Source: Chiloscyllium plagiosum
Taxonomy: Eukaryota
NCBI RefSeq assembly: GCF_004010195.1
Contig: NC_057719.1
Span: 52,213,037-52,277,036 of the forward strand
DNA length: 64,000 bases
Direction of reading: 5' to 3'
Positions 27,270 through 39,722 of the stretch are shown one piece after another (positions within the stretch are counted from its first letter, which is position 1; every line of letters starts with the position of its first letter). The position numbers were made by a program, and so were the translations under genes. The notes under the pieces were generated by a model. That model was not told the origin of the DNA. It saw only the letters and a list, made by a program, of their open reading frames with translations, and searched no databases.

Positions 27270-28060
27270 TGTAATTGACTGTCTGACAGAAGGCAGAGAG
27301 TTGGGATAAAAGATTCATTTTCATTATGGCAGCTAGTGACAAGCGGTGTCCCGCAGGTTGCAGTGTTGGGGCTGCAGCTGTTCACTTTATATATTAATGA
27401 TCTGGATGAGTGGACTGGGGGCATTCTGGCGAAGTTTGCTGATGATACAAAGTTAGGGGGTCAGGCAAGTAGTCCTGAGGAGGTGGGGAGGCTGCAGAAA
27501 GATTTAGACAGTTTAGGAGAGTAGTCCAAGATTTGGCTGATGAAATTCAATGTGAGCAAATGCAAGGTCTTGCACTTTGGAAAAAAGAATACAGACATGG
27601 ACTATTTTCTAAACAGTGAGAAAATTCAGAAAGCCAAAGTACCAAAGGATCTGGGAGTGCTAGTCCAGGATTGTCTAAAGGTTAACTTGCAGGTTGACTC
27701 CATGGTTAAGAAAGCAAATGTAATGTTGTCATTTATCTCTAGAGAGTTGGAATGTAAAAGCAGAGATGTGCTACTGAGACTTTATAAAGCTCTAGTTCGG
27801 TCCCATTTAGAATACTGTGTCCAATTCTGGGCCCCACACCTCAGGAAGGACATACTAGCACCAGAGCGTGTCAGCGGAGATTCACATGGATGATCCCTGG
27901 AATGTAGGCCTAACATACACTGAATGGCAAAGGATCCTGGGATTGCATTCATTAGAGTTTAGAAGGTTGAGGGGAGATCTAATAGAAACTTACAAGATAA
28001 TGCATGGCTTAGAAAGGGTGGACGCTGAGAATTTGTTTCTGTCAGGTGGAGAAACTAGGC
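27270..28060 (+). mobile_element. CR1 LINE RT fragment
   Basis: TSGVPQVAVLG, KFADDTKLGG, LQKDLD, LVRSHLEYCVQFWAP, LRGDLIETYKI. Confidence 0.93.
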
Positions 28061-28180
28061 CACCATGAAGAATCAACCTTCTCAAACTCTCCCCTCACAT
28101 GATGCATAGTGACCTTCAGGTTATCCCCCACCAGACATCTCTCCTATGAGAAAGCTGACCTGTGATCCTCAATAGTACAA
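28061..28180 (+). mobile_element. SINE body fragment
   Basis: Homologous to 57440-57570 (CCTTCTCAA..CTCTCCCC, GTGACC.TCAGGTTA). Confidence 0.55.
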
Positions 28181-29744
28181 AATCATTGTCATAAATTAGA
28201 GAAATAAAGAAATTTTTAAAAATCAGAATAACAGTGCTTCCATCATAATATAATAAAGAAAAAAGGAGAATTTAAGACAATGTCAACTTAGTCCATTTCA
28301 CGGCTCTAGGTACAAGGACCCAATCCCTCCCTACCTGTTGGAATCCCAGGCTGAACCCATTGCTGTTGACATCAATCTGCACTCAGTTACCTGCACAATG
28401 AGGACCAGCCTCACAAAGGCCAGTTATGCACCTTCATTGAGCCCTCTCATATTGGGCAGCATAGATGTTTCACCATCAGTGAGATTCAATTTTGCTGACA
28501 GAGTCTTGCAAAATTTTGCCCAAGATATTAAAAAAGCATCTTGTTAAAATCATTAACATTGTTTTGAGAAACAGTATATGAGAGTTTGGCCAGCAGATGG
28601 TGTAGATAGACTTTGGGTAATAAAGCAGCAAGGTCCTTCTGTATGCAATCCATGTTGCTGGGCACAAGACTTGTTGACTTAAATTTTCAAAGCTCATTCT
28701 ACCAGCTGGTGTTTTTCCACTTTGATTTCACAAAAGAATCCTCATTTAAATTGTCTGCACAATGGCATAACGGACTACTTTCAGATAAGTAACTGTATTT
28801 AATATGAAATACTGTCCACACTATTCTCAAACATATTTTACAACACATACTTTTTATCATTTTCTGAAATTAATTAACAGAAATGATCATAATAGGAAAA
28901 TCCCTTGTGACAATATGTTTAACTATACTTATACATCATGCCTATTTATTGCTACCTATTCTCAAGAGCACTATAGTATAATCAGCAACACCGTTAACTG
29001 GAGTGCCGAACAGAGTCCAGCTGTTTTAGGTGTGATATTTTGAGAGAGCCTTCAGACTGTTGGTGCATACACTTCCCTCTGTTACCTTTATAGTTGGCCA
29101 GCAGTTAATAATGTTATTTGAATGTTTCAGAATTGATTCTATCAGTCACTTTCACAGTGACACAACATATTGCAACGATGAAGCAACTGGGTGACTTTTT
29201 TGAAAATTGTGAAAAGAAATGTATACAGGAATATGATTAGATTCTAATTTACCCTGGTTTTGTTCTCTCAGCACATGAGCAATAAGATTATACCATTGCT
29301 AATAAAGAAAGAATCAAACTTTCTTGCATTGAAAGAAAAAGTGTTTACAACTTATTAATTATTTACATATATAAATAGATATAGATTTATAAATGCACAA
29401 GCATCCAATCAGACAATACTGAATCTATTTCTGACATTTCAGAGGAATCTAAACTGCTTTGTTGTTTACGTAGTGTTAAGCTCAGAAAAGTAGCAGTGTG
29501 TGAGGAGTATGGCATTTTCACTTTCTCTTTTGTAAGTAACTGAAGAACATTTGGAAAAGAAGTGAACTTGTAACCCTTGTAAAGCTGTTGAAGCAGGCAA
29601 TTAAATATGTCAAGGAAGTAACAATTTAACCTCCTTGTCAGGGTTATCATTCATGTACATGCAATGTTTTCTGGAAACTGGTATGACTTCAATGTATTGG
29701 GCCAGTCAAATCTAGCACGTGTGTTTGCATCTGTCAGCTGATTG

Positions 29745-29960
29745 AGTGGGCGACTTCCTGAAATAAAGGGCTACACCCTGAGGACTGGACATAGGTTGGT
29801 TTTGCTGAGGAGAGGTCTAGCAGGAGCCACATCACCACAAGGGAGATCACTGAGCAGGCTGTTAACTTGCAATCAATGACACATCTGGGAGCACCTTTCA
29901 ACAGTAATCTCCACTGTGATGGCAGTCTGTATGGCTTACACATCACAGCACTGCAGAGAA
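29745..29960 (+). mobile_element. PIF/Harbinger transposase remnant
   Basis: KGYTLRT; AEERSSRSHITTREITEQAVNLQ (compare AExRYNxxHxxTRxxIExxxGxLK); SGSTFQ. Confidence 0.6.
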
Positions 29961-30298
29961 GATGGAGACTTATATAAAGGATTTTGATGTGAACGTAGGA
30001 GGTATAGAAAGTAAGTTTGTAGATTATACCAAAATTGGAGGTGTAGTGGACAGCAAAGAAGGTTACCTCAGCTTACAACGGTATCTTGACCAGATAGGCC
30101 AATGGGCCGAGGAGTGCAAGATGGAGTTTAGTTTACATAAGTGTGAGGTGCTGCATTTTGGCTGCAAAATCTGGGCAGGACTCATATACTTAATGATACA
30201 GACCTGGGGAGTGGTTCTAACAAAGAGACCCTTGAGTGCAGGTTCATAGTTACTTGAAATTGGAGGTGCAGGTAGATAGGATAGTGAAGAAGGCATTT

Positions 30299-31362
30299 AG
30301 AGTCATAGAGATGTTACAAACAGACCCTTCGGTCCAACTTGTCCATGATATCCCAACCCAATCTCGTCCTACATGCCAGCACCTGGATATACCCATCCAG
30401 ATGCCTTTTAAATGTTGCAATTATACTAGCCTCCACCACTTCCTTTGGCAGCTCATTTCTGTACCACCCCCTGTGTGAAAAAGTTGCCCCTTAGGTTTCT
30501 TTTATATCTTTCCCCTCTCACCCTAAACCTATGCCCTCTGGTTCTGGAGTCCTCCACCCCAGGGAAAAGATTTTGTTTATTTATCCTATCCATGCCCCTC
30601 ATGATTTTATGAACCTCTATAAGGTCACCCCTCAGCCTCTGACACTTGAGGGAAAACAGTCCCAGCCTATTCAACCTCTCCCTATAGCTCAAATCCTGCA
30701 ACCCTGGCAACATCCTTGTAAATCTTTTCTGAATCCTTTCAAGTTTCACAACATTTTTCCATTAGGAAGGAGACCAGAATTGCACGCAATATTCCAAAAG
30801 TGGCCTAACCAATGTCCTGTACAGCCACAACATGACCTCCCAACTCCTGTACTCAATACTCTGACCAATAAAAGAAAGCATACCAAATGCCTTCTTCACT
30901 ATCCTATCTACCTGCGACTCCACTTTCAAGGAGCTATGAACCTGCACTCCAAGGTCTCTTTGTTCNNAGGCAGCATCCAAGGAGCAGGAGAATTGACGTT
31001 TCGGGCATAAGCCCTTCTTCAGGAATGAGGAAGGTGTGCCAAGCAGGCTAAGATAAAAAATAGGGAGGAGGGACTTGGGGGAGGGGCGTTGGGAATGCGA
31101 TAGGTGGAAGGAGGTTAAGGTGAGGGTGATAGGCCGGAGAGGGGGTAGGGGCAAAGGGGTCGGGAAGAAGATGGCAGGTCAAGAAGGCGGCGCTGAGTCT
31201 GAGGGTTGGGACTGAGATAAGGTGGGGGGAGGGGAAACTTACTAACTATACCTCTTATGCTCATATCGAAATCATTTACCCGGTATATAAATAATGAAAA
31301 GTAGTGGTCCCAGCATCGATCATTGTGGCGCCCAATTGGAACAGACCTCCAGTCTGAAAAAC
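30299..31362 (-). mobile_element. CR1 LINE 3' fragment inserted antisense in CR1
   Basis: Tail AGAGTCATAGAG at the left end; RDLGVQVHSSLKVESQV, LVRPLLEYCVQFWSP, RGDLIEVHK. Confidence 0.9.
30968..31236 (-). mobile_element. PLE 3' fragment with intact HHR core
   Basis: Minus ATTC-CTGAAGA-AGGGC-TTAT-GCCC-GAAA-CGTC-AATT at 30991-31026; adjacent to a 2-N gap. Confidence 0.85.
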
Positions 31363-32831
31363 TTTTGGTATACTTTCCTTTATTGGTCACAACATTGAGT
31401 ATTGCAATTGGGAGGTCATGTTGTGGCTGTGAAACTTGAAAGCATTCAGATAAGCTTTAGCAGGACTTGCCAGGGTTGGAGGGTTTGTGCTATAAGGTGA
31501 GGCTGAATAGGGTGGGGCTGCTTTCCCTGGTATGTCGGAGGCTGAGGAGTGACCTTATGGAGGTTTATAAAATCATGTGGAGCATAGATAGCGTAAATAG
31601 ACAAGGTCTTTTCCCTGGGGTGGGGAAGTCCAGAACCAGAGGGCATAGATTTAGGGTGAGAAAGGAAAGATTTAAAAGGGACCTAAGGGGCAACGTTTTC
31701 ACGCAGAGGGTGGTACGTGTATGGAATGAACTGCCAGAGGAAGTGATGGAGGCTGGTACAATTGCTACATTTAAAAGTCATCTGGAAGGGTAAATGAGTA
31801 AGAAGGGTTTAGAGGGATATGGACCAAGTCCTGGAAAATGGGATTAATTTAGGATATCTGGTCGGCATGGATGAGTGGGACCAAAGAGTCTGTTTCCTTG
31901 CCGTACATTTTTTATGACTTTGTGACTCTATCTTCTGAACATGGGATGAGGAGTATGACAAAGAGAGGAGATGGATAAGCATTTGTAGACACAGATACCT
32001 TCGGCACACATTTGGCTGAAGGAAGCTTAGGAAAGCTTATCGGAATAGATAAAAACCTAAAGCTTTATGACACTGTTACCTGAAATGTTTTAGTACTCCA
32101 CCTCCAAGCACAATGCAGTATCACTTTCATACATCACTTCATTACAAACACAAATTCCATACTCATTCTAATCTGGGTGTGCCACTCTGATTAAGTCTTT
32201 TTTTCTTAATTGGGAAGTTAGAATGCAGCAATGAAGAGACTAGGCATATGAAAAATCTTCTGTCATTCACTATTGGACAAATAAAGCAATAACTATGCAA
32301 TCTTCATTTGTTGCTTTTATTTTACTTTTTAATTAATTTTCATACTTGACTATAACAATGAGTGATCATTGTACATTGAAACCTAAATCTTCTTGGACTT
32401 CCTTACTAGCATTTCAACATTTAAATATTACTTTTACCTAGTCTTTTTGTTCTAAAATGGATGATTGTACAGTTGTCTGCATTGAAATCTATCTGCCACT
32501 TTTGCCAAGTTACTTAATTCAGCAAAGTCATTTTGGCAACAAGACAGAAATTGCTGGGAAAATTCAATAGGTCTGGTAACATTTTGGGTCCAGTGACCCT
32601 CTGGTTTTTCTCATCATTTTAGTTCTCATCTACACTGTTTGCTAAATCTCTATTTGTGTTACACAACAATGTTATCACAATACAGAATCATATATCTGTA
32701 TAAATATTGCAATATCTTAGGATTTTGTTATGGACCCCTTTCTGCTATCCTGTCTGTTAGGAAAGTGCAAATAAAATTAGTTTGATTATAGCTATTGGCA
32801 ATGAGCCCGCATGTTATTTTAAATGCATTCA

Positions 32832-33035
32832 TTAGCATTGGATGTGTGCATCGTTGGCTGGGCCAGAATTTATTGACCATCCCCAGTTGCCCCTGAACAG
32901 GTGGTAGTAAGCTGCCCTCATGAACTTCTGTAGTCTACTCAATGTAAAATAAAATGCTGTTGAAGGAGTTCCAGAACTGTTACCCAATGACACCGAATGA
33001 ACTGTGATGTATTTCCAAGTCACGATGGTGAGTTA
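32832..33035 (-). mobile_element. L2/CR1-group LINE 3' tail fragment
   Basis: Reverse complement of the tail at 58280-58370 (GGCAGCT.ACCACC...GGGCAA..GGGATGG..AATAAAT). Confidence 0.7.
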
Positions 33036-33249
33036 ATCTTTTCTCAGTACAGTACACAGCAGTGACATAGCTAGGAAGGAGTTATTTTTACATGTCATTT
33101 GACAAATTAAGGACTGTAGAAAGTTGTGATACATTTTTGAAACTTCTTAAGTTGATTTTGAGGACGTTTGAGCAACTGAAATAATTGTTCCATGTCTATG
33201 TTTTACTCAGGTACACAATGAGTCAGCATGACACGCAACTGAAAAAAAT

Positions 33250-35530
33250 GACATGAAGGCATATTGGAGAACAATGGGGGAATTCAATATGTGAAGGTTA
33301 CACACTTGGCTGTAAGGAAATAAAAAAAGGTAATGATGATAAAGTAAATGTTTCAATCAGCTTGATGGGGCTAGAGGGGATGTGGTATTCAAGCAAAGCT
33401 ACTTAAGAGACAATTGGTTGTAAAGTGCTCACATTTTTGAAATTCTGGACTCATAATATTGCACAACTAAAAATGTGTTGTATTCAAAGAATAAAAGAGA
33501 TAAGCTGATATAAAAGGATGTCTGCTATGGAAATAGCAGAAACATGCATGTAGTTTGAAATTGCAAGGAAATTCTGTTTCTGTAATAGTTGCTGTAACAG
33601 ATCTAAAGTTTAAGAGTCTGGAAATCATCGAATGTGGGCACGATAAATGTGGAAACAGAAGTCAATGTTATCAAGCTAGGAAGATCAAGCATTTCACTCA
33701 GTCAGAGAACAAGAAAAACAGCATGTTGAAGATGAAAGTAACAGGTTAGAATGTAAAATATGAAAGTCAGAAATTCATCACTCACTTTGATTGTTGGTAC
33801 AGATGTAGCCTTAACGATGATCATTGAAGGAGAATATAGGTATCTCCAAGTCACATTCCTTTACACAAAGCTGCCTTATCGATCAAATAATAATTTCTAA
33901 TTCTAGTTCCAGTTAATGTTAGGGTAAAATGCACCCTATTAATTCCAATTAGCACACATAGCTGAGAACAAAGTCTCTGATGGGATGAATTGCTTTAATA
34001 AGATGCAATTAAATTGGGCCAAGTTATTTACAATAGGGAGCGGTAAGGTTATGTCTGACATTGAGGATGCGCTAAGAGAGACAAAGCCATCTTAGTGCAA
34101 GGAATATCAAATTATAAAATTAGCCATCAACCTGAAATTAAATATCATAAGTTAGCACATCATGCAAATGCAGACATTGTTTCAAACATTTTAGACACAG
34201 AGTGCATGTGAATTCCTTTTCATGCATAAATAACACATTGATCAGTCCTGAAGGCTTGCAAGGTCCCCAAGCAGAAGATGAGATGATGTTCTTCCAAATT
34301 GCGCTGAAGCTCGCTGGAACAGGCTTGTTTGAAAGATGAAATTTAATCATGCAAAAGCATGATAACCTCCCCGCAGTCCAACATTAGTGAAGAACCTCAC
34401 ATGCATGTGAAGCTTGGTAAAGCGATCAATTAAGTTTTAAATGTATGGCCAAGGGGGTGTGACAATGAGAAATCACATAGGATTATTCGCATTCGGAAAT
34501 GAACTGAGCTGCTTCCAGTGGGATTTAAGAGTTATTATTCTGTCAAGCTTCAGAGATATATTGTTAGAGAACATCCATCTAAAGCACACAGGGCAATCTG
34601 TATGAAAGGTGTAGCCAGAAACTGTTTTTGGTATCCAAAGGTCGATAGAGATATTGAAAAGTTGGTAAAAGGTTGTGAAATGTGCATCAGAATGAGAAAT
34701 GATCCATTAAGTTTTCTTCATTCTATGATCAAACTCCTGAAAATTGTGGGACCAAGTATGCGCTGACTTCTTTGAAGTGGAACGGAAAGAGTATGTTGTT
34801 TTGATCAATAGCAAGTGAAGGAAACTTCTCATCCTTACCTGGTCTGGTCTACATGTGACACCAGATCCCTAGCAAAGTGGTTGAATATTAACTGCCCTAT
34901 GAAATGGTTTCGCAAGTTCGAGGGAAATTATAGATGAACAATGAGTATCGCAATTGCCAAAACCTTTAGAGGTGTTTGCATCAAATAATATTCCACAGTT
35001 TATGCCAAATGAGGTTGAACTATTCCTAAATAAGGATAGACTGAAATAAAATTCTAATATGACCATATCATGGAGCATTGACTGCGGAAAAATAAGTGTG
35101 CAGATTATGAAATGACTTTTGCAGAGGTATTTGCTAAGTGACAAGTTGGGCAGCATTTTCGGTTCTATATCGGGTAGGTAGTTTTCTATTCTCTTGTAAA
35201 ATCAACCTGCAGTCTACATCATGTTGTTCACCTTATAAGTGAATATTGGAATGTGCATCTAAGAGAAAGTTTGCTTTACACTGACACAATACGCAGATAA
35301 GAAAAAAGCAAGACAAAAAGACAATGAGTCGTGATAAACCAAGTAGGAAACATAAAAGAGTCCAGTGATGGTCAGAAAATCATGGTGTATTGCCACTTTG
35401 GTGATAAGGAGAAATATGTGATTGGAATTGTTGTAAAAATACTAGATGCATTTATTTATTTAGTTAAGGCTGAAGAGAGTCTCTGTGGGTATCATGTAGA
35501 CCATTTGCATGAAGGAGCATGATAACCTTC
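33250..35530 (+). mobile_element. Ty3/Gypsy LTR retrotransposon remnant (gag-, protease- and integrase-like pieces)
   Basis: Integrase zinc finger EHPSKAHRAICMKGVARNCFWYPKVDRDIEKLVKGCEMC; C-terminal YLVKAEESLCGYHVDHL; weaker gag-like SAMEIAE and zinc-knuckle-like pieces, and protease-like LIVGTDVALTMI near 33790. Confidence 0.72.
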
Positions 35531-35794
35531 CCACAGTCAAAATTCCTCCTACTGTAGAAACACAAAGTCAGGAAGAAAGTTAAAGTCAAAAGGAACTGAA
35601 GGTTTGCCAGCAGTAGACTATCTATAAATAGAACAAAATAAGTCAGTGTTTTTAATAGAAACATCGAAAGAGAGAAAATGTCAAAACTGCAAATACTATG
35701 TGGATTGTAGTCAAAGTCAAAGTTCAGGTTTGACACAGTCAGAGATGTTAAGTTACCAGAGTCAAACAATGAAAATGCAAGGAACAATTGAAAG

Positions 35795-37250
35795 TGAAAG
35801 AAACCAGAAAACAAAGAATCGTGGATGCTGAAGATCTGAAACAGAAATTGTGGAGAAACACATTAGGCAGTATCCTGGAAAGAAAGCAGAGTTAATGTTT
35901 TGAGTCCAGTGACACTTCTTCAGAACTGATAGTATCTTTGAAAAAGTGATTATATATGCTGATAATAAGAGGTGGTGGCATTGGGGTGTGATGGGAGGAG
36001 GTGGAAGGATCGAGCAGGGAAGTGGAAGGGGTGAGCAGGGTAGTGGAAGGAGTGAGCAGTGAGATGGAGACAGAGCTGAGAGAGAGAAAGAAAGTTACGT
36101 AGACAAAGAGATAGTTATAAGTAAGCCAGCGATGAATAGGTGAAAATTGATCAGCTGTGCTGAAGAAGGGCTCATGCCCTACATTCCTGAAGAAGGGCTC
36201 ATGCCCGAAAAGTCGATTCTCCTGCTCCTTGGATGCTGCCTGACCTGCTGCGCTTTTCCAGCAACACATTTTCAGCTGTGCTGAAAGCAGCCTTTGTCAT
36301 GACTGAACCTGAGGTGTGTGTGGGGGAGGGGGCGGGGGGGGGGAGGTAAATGACATGGTGGAAGGTGTTCAAAATTATTGAACTTGATACTGAGTCTTGA
36401 AGGCTGCAAAGTCCCCAAACAGAAGATGAGATGATATTCTTCCAACTTGAACTGAAGCTTGCTGGAGCAGGCCTGCAACAGAAATGTTGGCATGGGAACA
36501 TGGTGGTGTGTTAGAGCGGCAGGCACTTGGAAGTTCAGGGTCATTTTTGCAGACAGAACATAGGTGTATTACAAAGCAATCACCCAGCCTGTGTTTCCTC
36601 TCCCCAGTGTCGAGGAGACCTCATTGTGAGCAGCGAATACTGTAGACTAGACTGTTTGAAGTGCATGTAAAATCATCGTGTCACTGGGAAGGTGTGTCTG
36701 GACCTTAGGATAGTGAGGAGATAGGAAGCAAATTGGCAAGTGTAGCACCTTCTGCAATGGCATGAGAAGGTACTGTGGGGGTGTGAGGAAGTGTTGCAAG
36801 TGGAGGATAAGTGGACCAATGTGTCCGGGAGAGAATGGTCCCCAAGGAAGGCTGACAGGAGAGGACAGTGGAATGTGTGTCTGGTGGTGGCATCCTGTTG
36901 GAGGCAGCAGAAATAGTATCATCCTTTGAGTGCAAATGCCAGTGGGATGGAATGTGAGGGGGGCACCATTGATATTATGGCAGAGAAGGAAATGGGTGAG
37001 GGTAGAAGTGTGGGAAATAGGTCAGACACGACTAAGGACCAGAGCATTAGGGAATCCTTGGTTGAGGATAAAGGTAGATACTTCTGAAGCTCCCTGACAA
37101 AGATTGCCAGAACATTTGTGACAGAGACAGAGAAACTGGCAGAATGGAATAGCATCTTTAAAGAAAATTGGTGTGAGGATATATAGTCAAGGTAACTGTG
37201 GGAGTCAGTGGGTTTGTAATGGATTTTGGTGACCAGTTTATCAGATACCA
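35795..37250 (-). mobile_element. Older PLE 3' part
   Basis: KIHYKPTDSHSYLDYISSH; KLEEYHLIFCLGTLQP; degenerate HHR at 35890-35927 (CTGAAGA..GTC-ACTG-GAC..). Confidence 0.85.
36160..36277 (+). mobile_element. PLE-terminus mini-insertion with partly duplicated HHR core
   Basis: CTGAAGAAGGGCTCATGCCC occurs at 36160 and 36187. TSD TCAGCTGTGCTGAA at 36151-36164 and 36272-36285. Confidence 0.85.
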
Positions 37251-37429
37251 AATATGTTAACTAAATGTATGGAAAAAGGAAGAATAAATAATTTGCTATT
37301 TTTATTAGTTGTCAAATGATGATACTATGTGAATCCCATGCTGTTAATGAAAAAGACTTGTCTTCTTATGTTAAATTACTTTGGAAGCATATTTGTGTTT
37401 TAGGTATGATTACAACAGAAACTAATAGT

Positions 37430-37726
37430 GGGCGGCACGGTGGCACAGTGGTTAGCACTGCTGCCTCACAGCGCCAGAGACCTGGGTTCAATTCCCGACT
37501 CAGGCGACTGACTGTGTGGAGTTTGCACATTCTCCCCGTGTCTGCGTGGGTTTCCTCCCACAGCACCAAAGATGTGCAGGTCAGGTGAATTGGCCATGCT
37601 AAATTGCCCATAGTGTTAGGTTAAAGGGGTAAATGTAGGGGTATGGGTGGGTTGTGCTTCGGCGGGTCGGTGTGGACTTGTTGGGCCGAAGGGCCTGTTT
37701 CCACACTGTAAGTAATCTAATCTAAT
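37430..37726 (+). mobile_element. HE1-like SINE, full length
   Basis: A box TGGCACAGTGG, B box GGTTCAATTCC, CR1-like tail, (TAATC)n end. Confidence 0.92.
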
Positions 37727-37742
37727 AAGAAAGCTAGCCTAT

Positions 37743-38456
37743 TAAATTTTTAGATATTATTGATAACGCTTTTATCATATTATATTCTGGGAAATGCTGT
37801 ACAAATATCATTTTACATTTTAATGTAAAAAAATGTGTTTGAGAGTGTTATATATTACAAGATCTGACTTTTGTTATTTGCCCTCTCGGTTAGGAAAGTG
37901 TATAGTTAGTTCAATTATAGCTACCAGCTTTTCTTGGCATAATACACAACTGTAAACCCAAGCCATTAATAACAACAATGCATAGTTGAGGCCCCAACAC
38001 AGATCCTCATGAGACACCAACTTCACTTCTTTCCAACTTGAATACATTTCCATTATCATCGATCGCTGCCTTTTACTGTCTACCCAATCTCAAACTATGT
38101 TAATAACTTTCAATGAATTCCTCCAACTTAAATTTTAGCTAATTGGCTCAAACTTCTTCAAAGGATTTCTGAAAGTCCACATGAACCACGTTCACAGACC
38201 TTTAGTCTACTGCCTTTTGTACCTTTTTGAAAAATAAACGTGTTTGGCTAGATTTTACTCTTAAGAAATCCCTTCTGTCTGTTTCCAGTTGGCTCACATT
38301 TCTCTAAGTCTTCACTCACTCTGTTCTTCAATAATTCTATTAAACTTTTAGATATTATTGATATTGTTTTTATCATTATGTTCTGGTAAATTCTGTACAA
38401 ATATCATTTTACATTTTAATGTAAAAAAATGTGTTTGAGAGTGTTGTATATTGCAA
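37743..38456 (+). repeat. Dispersed direct repeat of about 115 bp (37743-37860 and 38341-38456)
   Basis: Identical core CTGTACAAATATCATTTTACATTTTAATGTAAAAAAATGTGTTTGAGAGTGTT in both copies. Confidence 0.9.
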
Positions 38457-38520
38457 TATTGTAAATTTGGACTAACTGGTATATAGTTTCCTGCTTTTTT
38501 CTCTTTCATCTTTCTTAATC
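37930..38520 (-). mobile_element. Very old CR1 RT fragment
   Basis: KAGNYIPVS, a DFQKSF-like segment, and SSWKEVKLVSHEDLCWG (degenerate SGVPQGSVLG region). Confidence 0.6.
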
Positions 38521-39574
38521 TTGAATCAGTAGTGGAAATTGGTAAATTGAAAACAAAATATCTCACCCAAGGTTTACAGAAGCCATTTTCATGAGGTGGG
38601 ATAGGGGTGGTGGGAAGTGAAGTCAAAATATGAATCCCTAGCATTTATGGGAGCATTAAATTTGAACTGAAGACCTACCAGTCTCACAGGGTGATATTGT
38701 ATTGAGGAAGTTAGAAAGCCACAAAGGGATCAGTTCATTCTTTTACTTCTCTTTTAAGGCATACTGGGGACTCAAGGGTTAAACATTCTACTACCAAAGA
38801 GACTCACTGCAGTATCAATTGCATGTCTGTCTTCTTCCAGGATAGATTGAACATTGCAGTAGGGAGGAGTCTGTCTGAATGTTAGAACAGGAATCCATTG
38901 GAGCCACACATGTGGAATCCTCTGCAGCCTCAGGCAAAGGTATTGTCCTCCCCAGAAGAGACTGATAGCTTTGGCCATAACCGTGTTAAACTGCCTCCTG
39001 CTCCCATTATCTTGCTTCCCCTCTGTATTAGCATAGGTATGTGAATCCCCCATTGAGAACAGGCAAAACCCTTCTGTTTTAATCTCTTCCCATCAATACA
39101 TGATCATGAAGAATACGATAATGAGTCCCTGCAATCCATTCACTCGTTATCCCAGGACATCAACATTCACCAGGCCTTGTAAAATTATAATTGCCCATTT
39201 AAACAATGTAACGACAATCAACCATGTGACTTACAGACTTTTTGTATTATTCCAATAAAAAGTACTGCCTTTGTGTGTAGAGCAGAGAATCGTGGAGAAG
39301 TGTCACCACAAGTAGATGCACGACTACTTTTGGGGACATTGAGAATATCTCTCCGGCTCTCCGATAATAAATCATCTACCATTGTATTGAAACTTGTGTC
39401 ATCCGAATTTGTGGAATCAAATATACATCAACAGTATCATGGACATATCTTTTCCATTCTGTCTCTTAACTGAGCATTGTTTGAACCAGGCACATAAAAG
39501 AAGAGATTTAGTGGCTGAATCATTTAATGTTATTCTGCAAGCTGTGTGTGTCAGGGAAATATGAAATTTGAATA

Positions 39575-39722
39575 GCAAGCAAAGAGAATGCTAGAGAAAC
39601 TCAGCAGATTTAGCAGCATCTGTGGAGAGAGAAAAACAGATTAAGATTTCAAGTCTGATGTAATTCTGCTTCAGAACATTCATTAATTCTGAAAAAGAGT
39701 GGTATCAGACTCAAAATGTAAA
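39575..39722. mobile_element. Old inverted pair of PLE termini
   Basis: Minus-strand tail and degenerate core ending at TCAG 39671-39674, back to back with plus CTGAAAAAGAGTGGTATCAGACTC from 39689. Confidence 0.55.

Larger units (their letters stand above)
29965..31935 (+). mobile_element. CR1 LINE RT/3' end split by an antisense insertion
   Basis: KFVDYTKIGG and DRIVKKAF end at 30298; the sequence resumes with GIL at 31367 and runs through RSDLMEVYKI to the 3' tail. Confidence 0.9.

Noticed and set aside
38772..39473. 93-aa and 66-aa ORFs in non-repeat-looking DNA as possible host exons
   Set aside because: No recognisable domain or convincing splice context.
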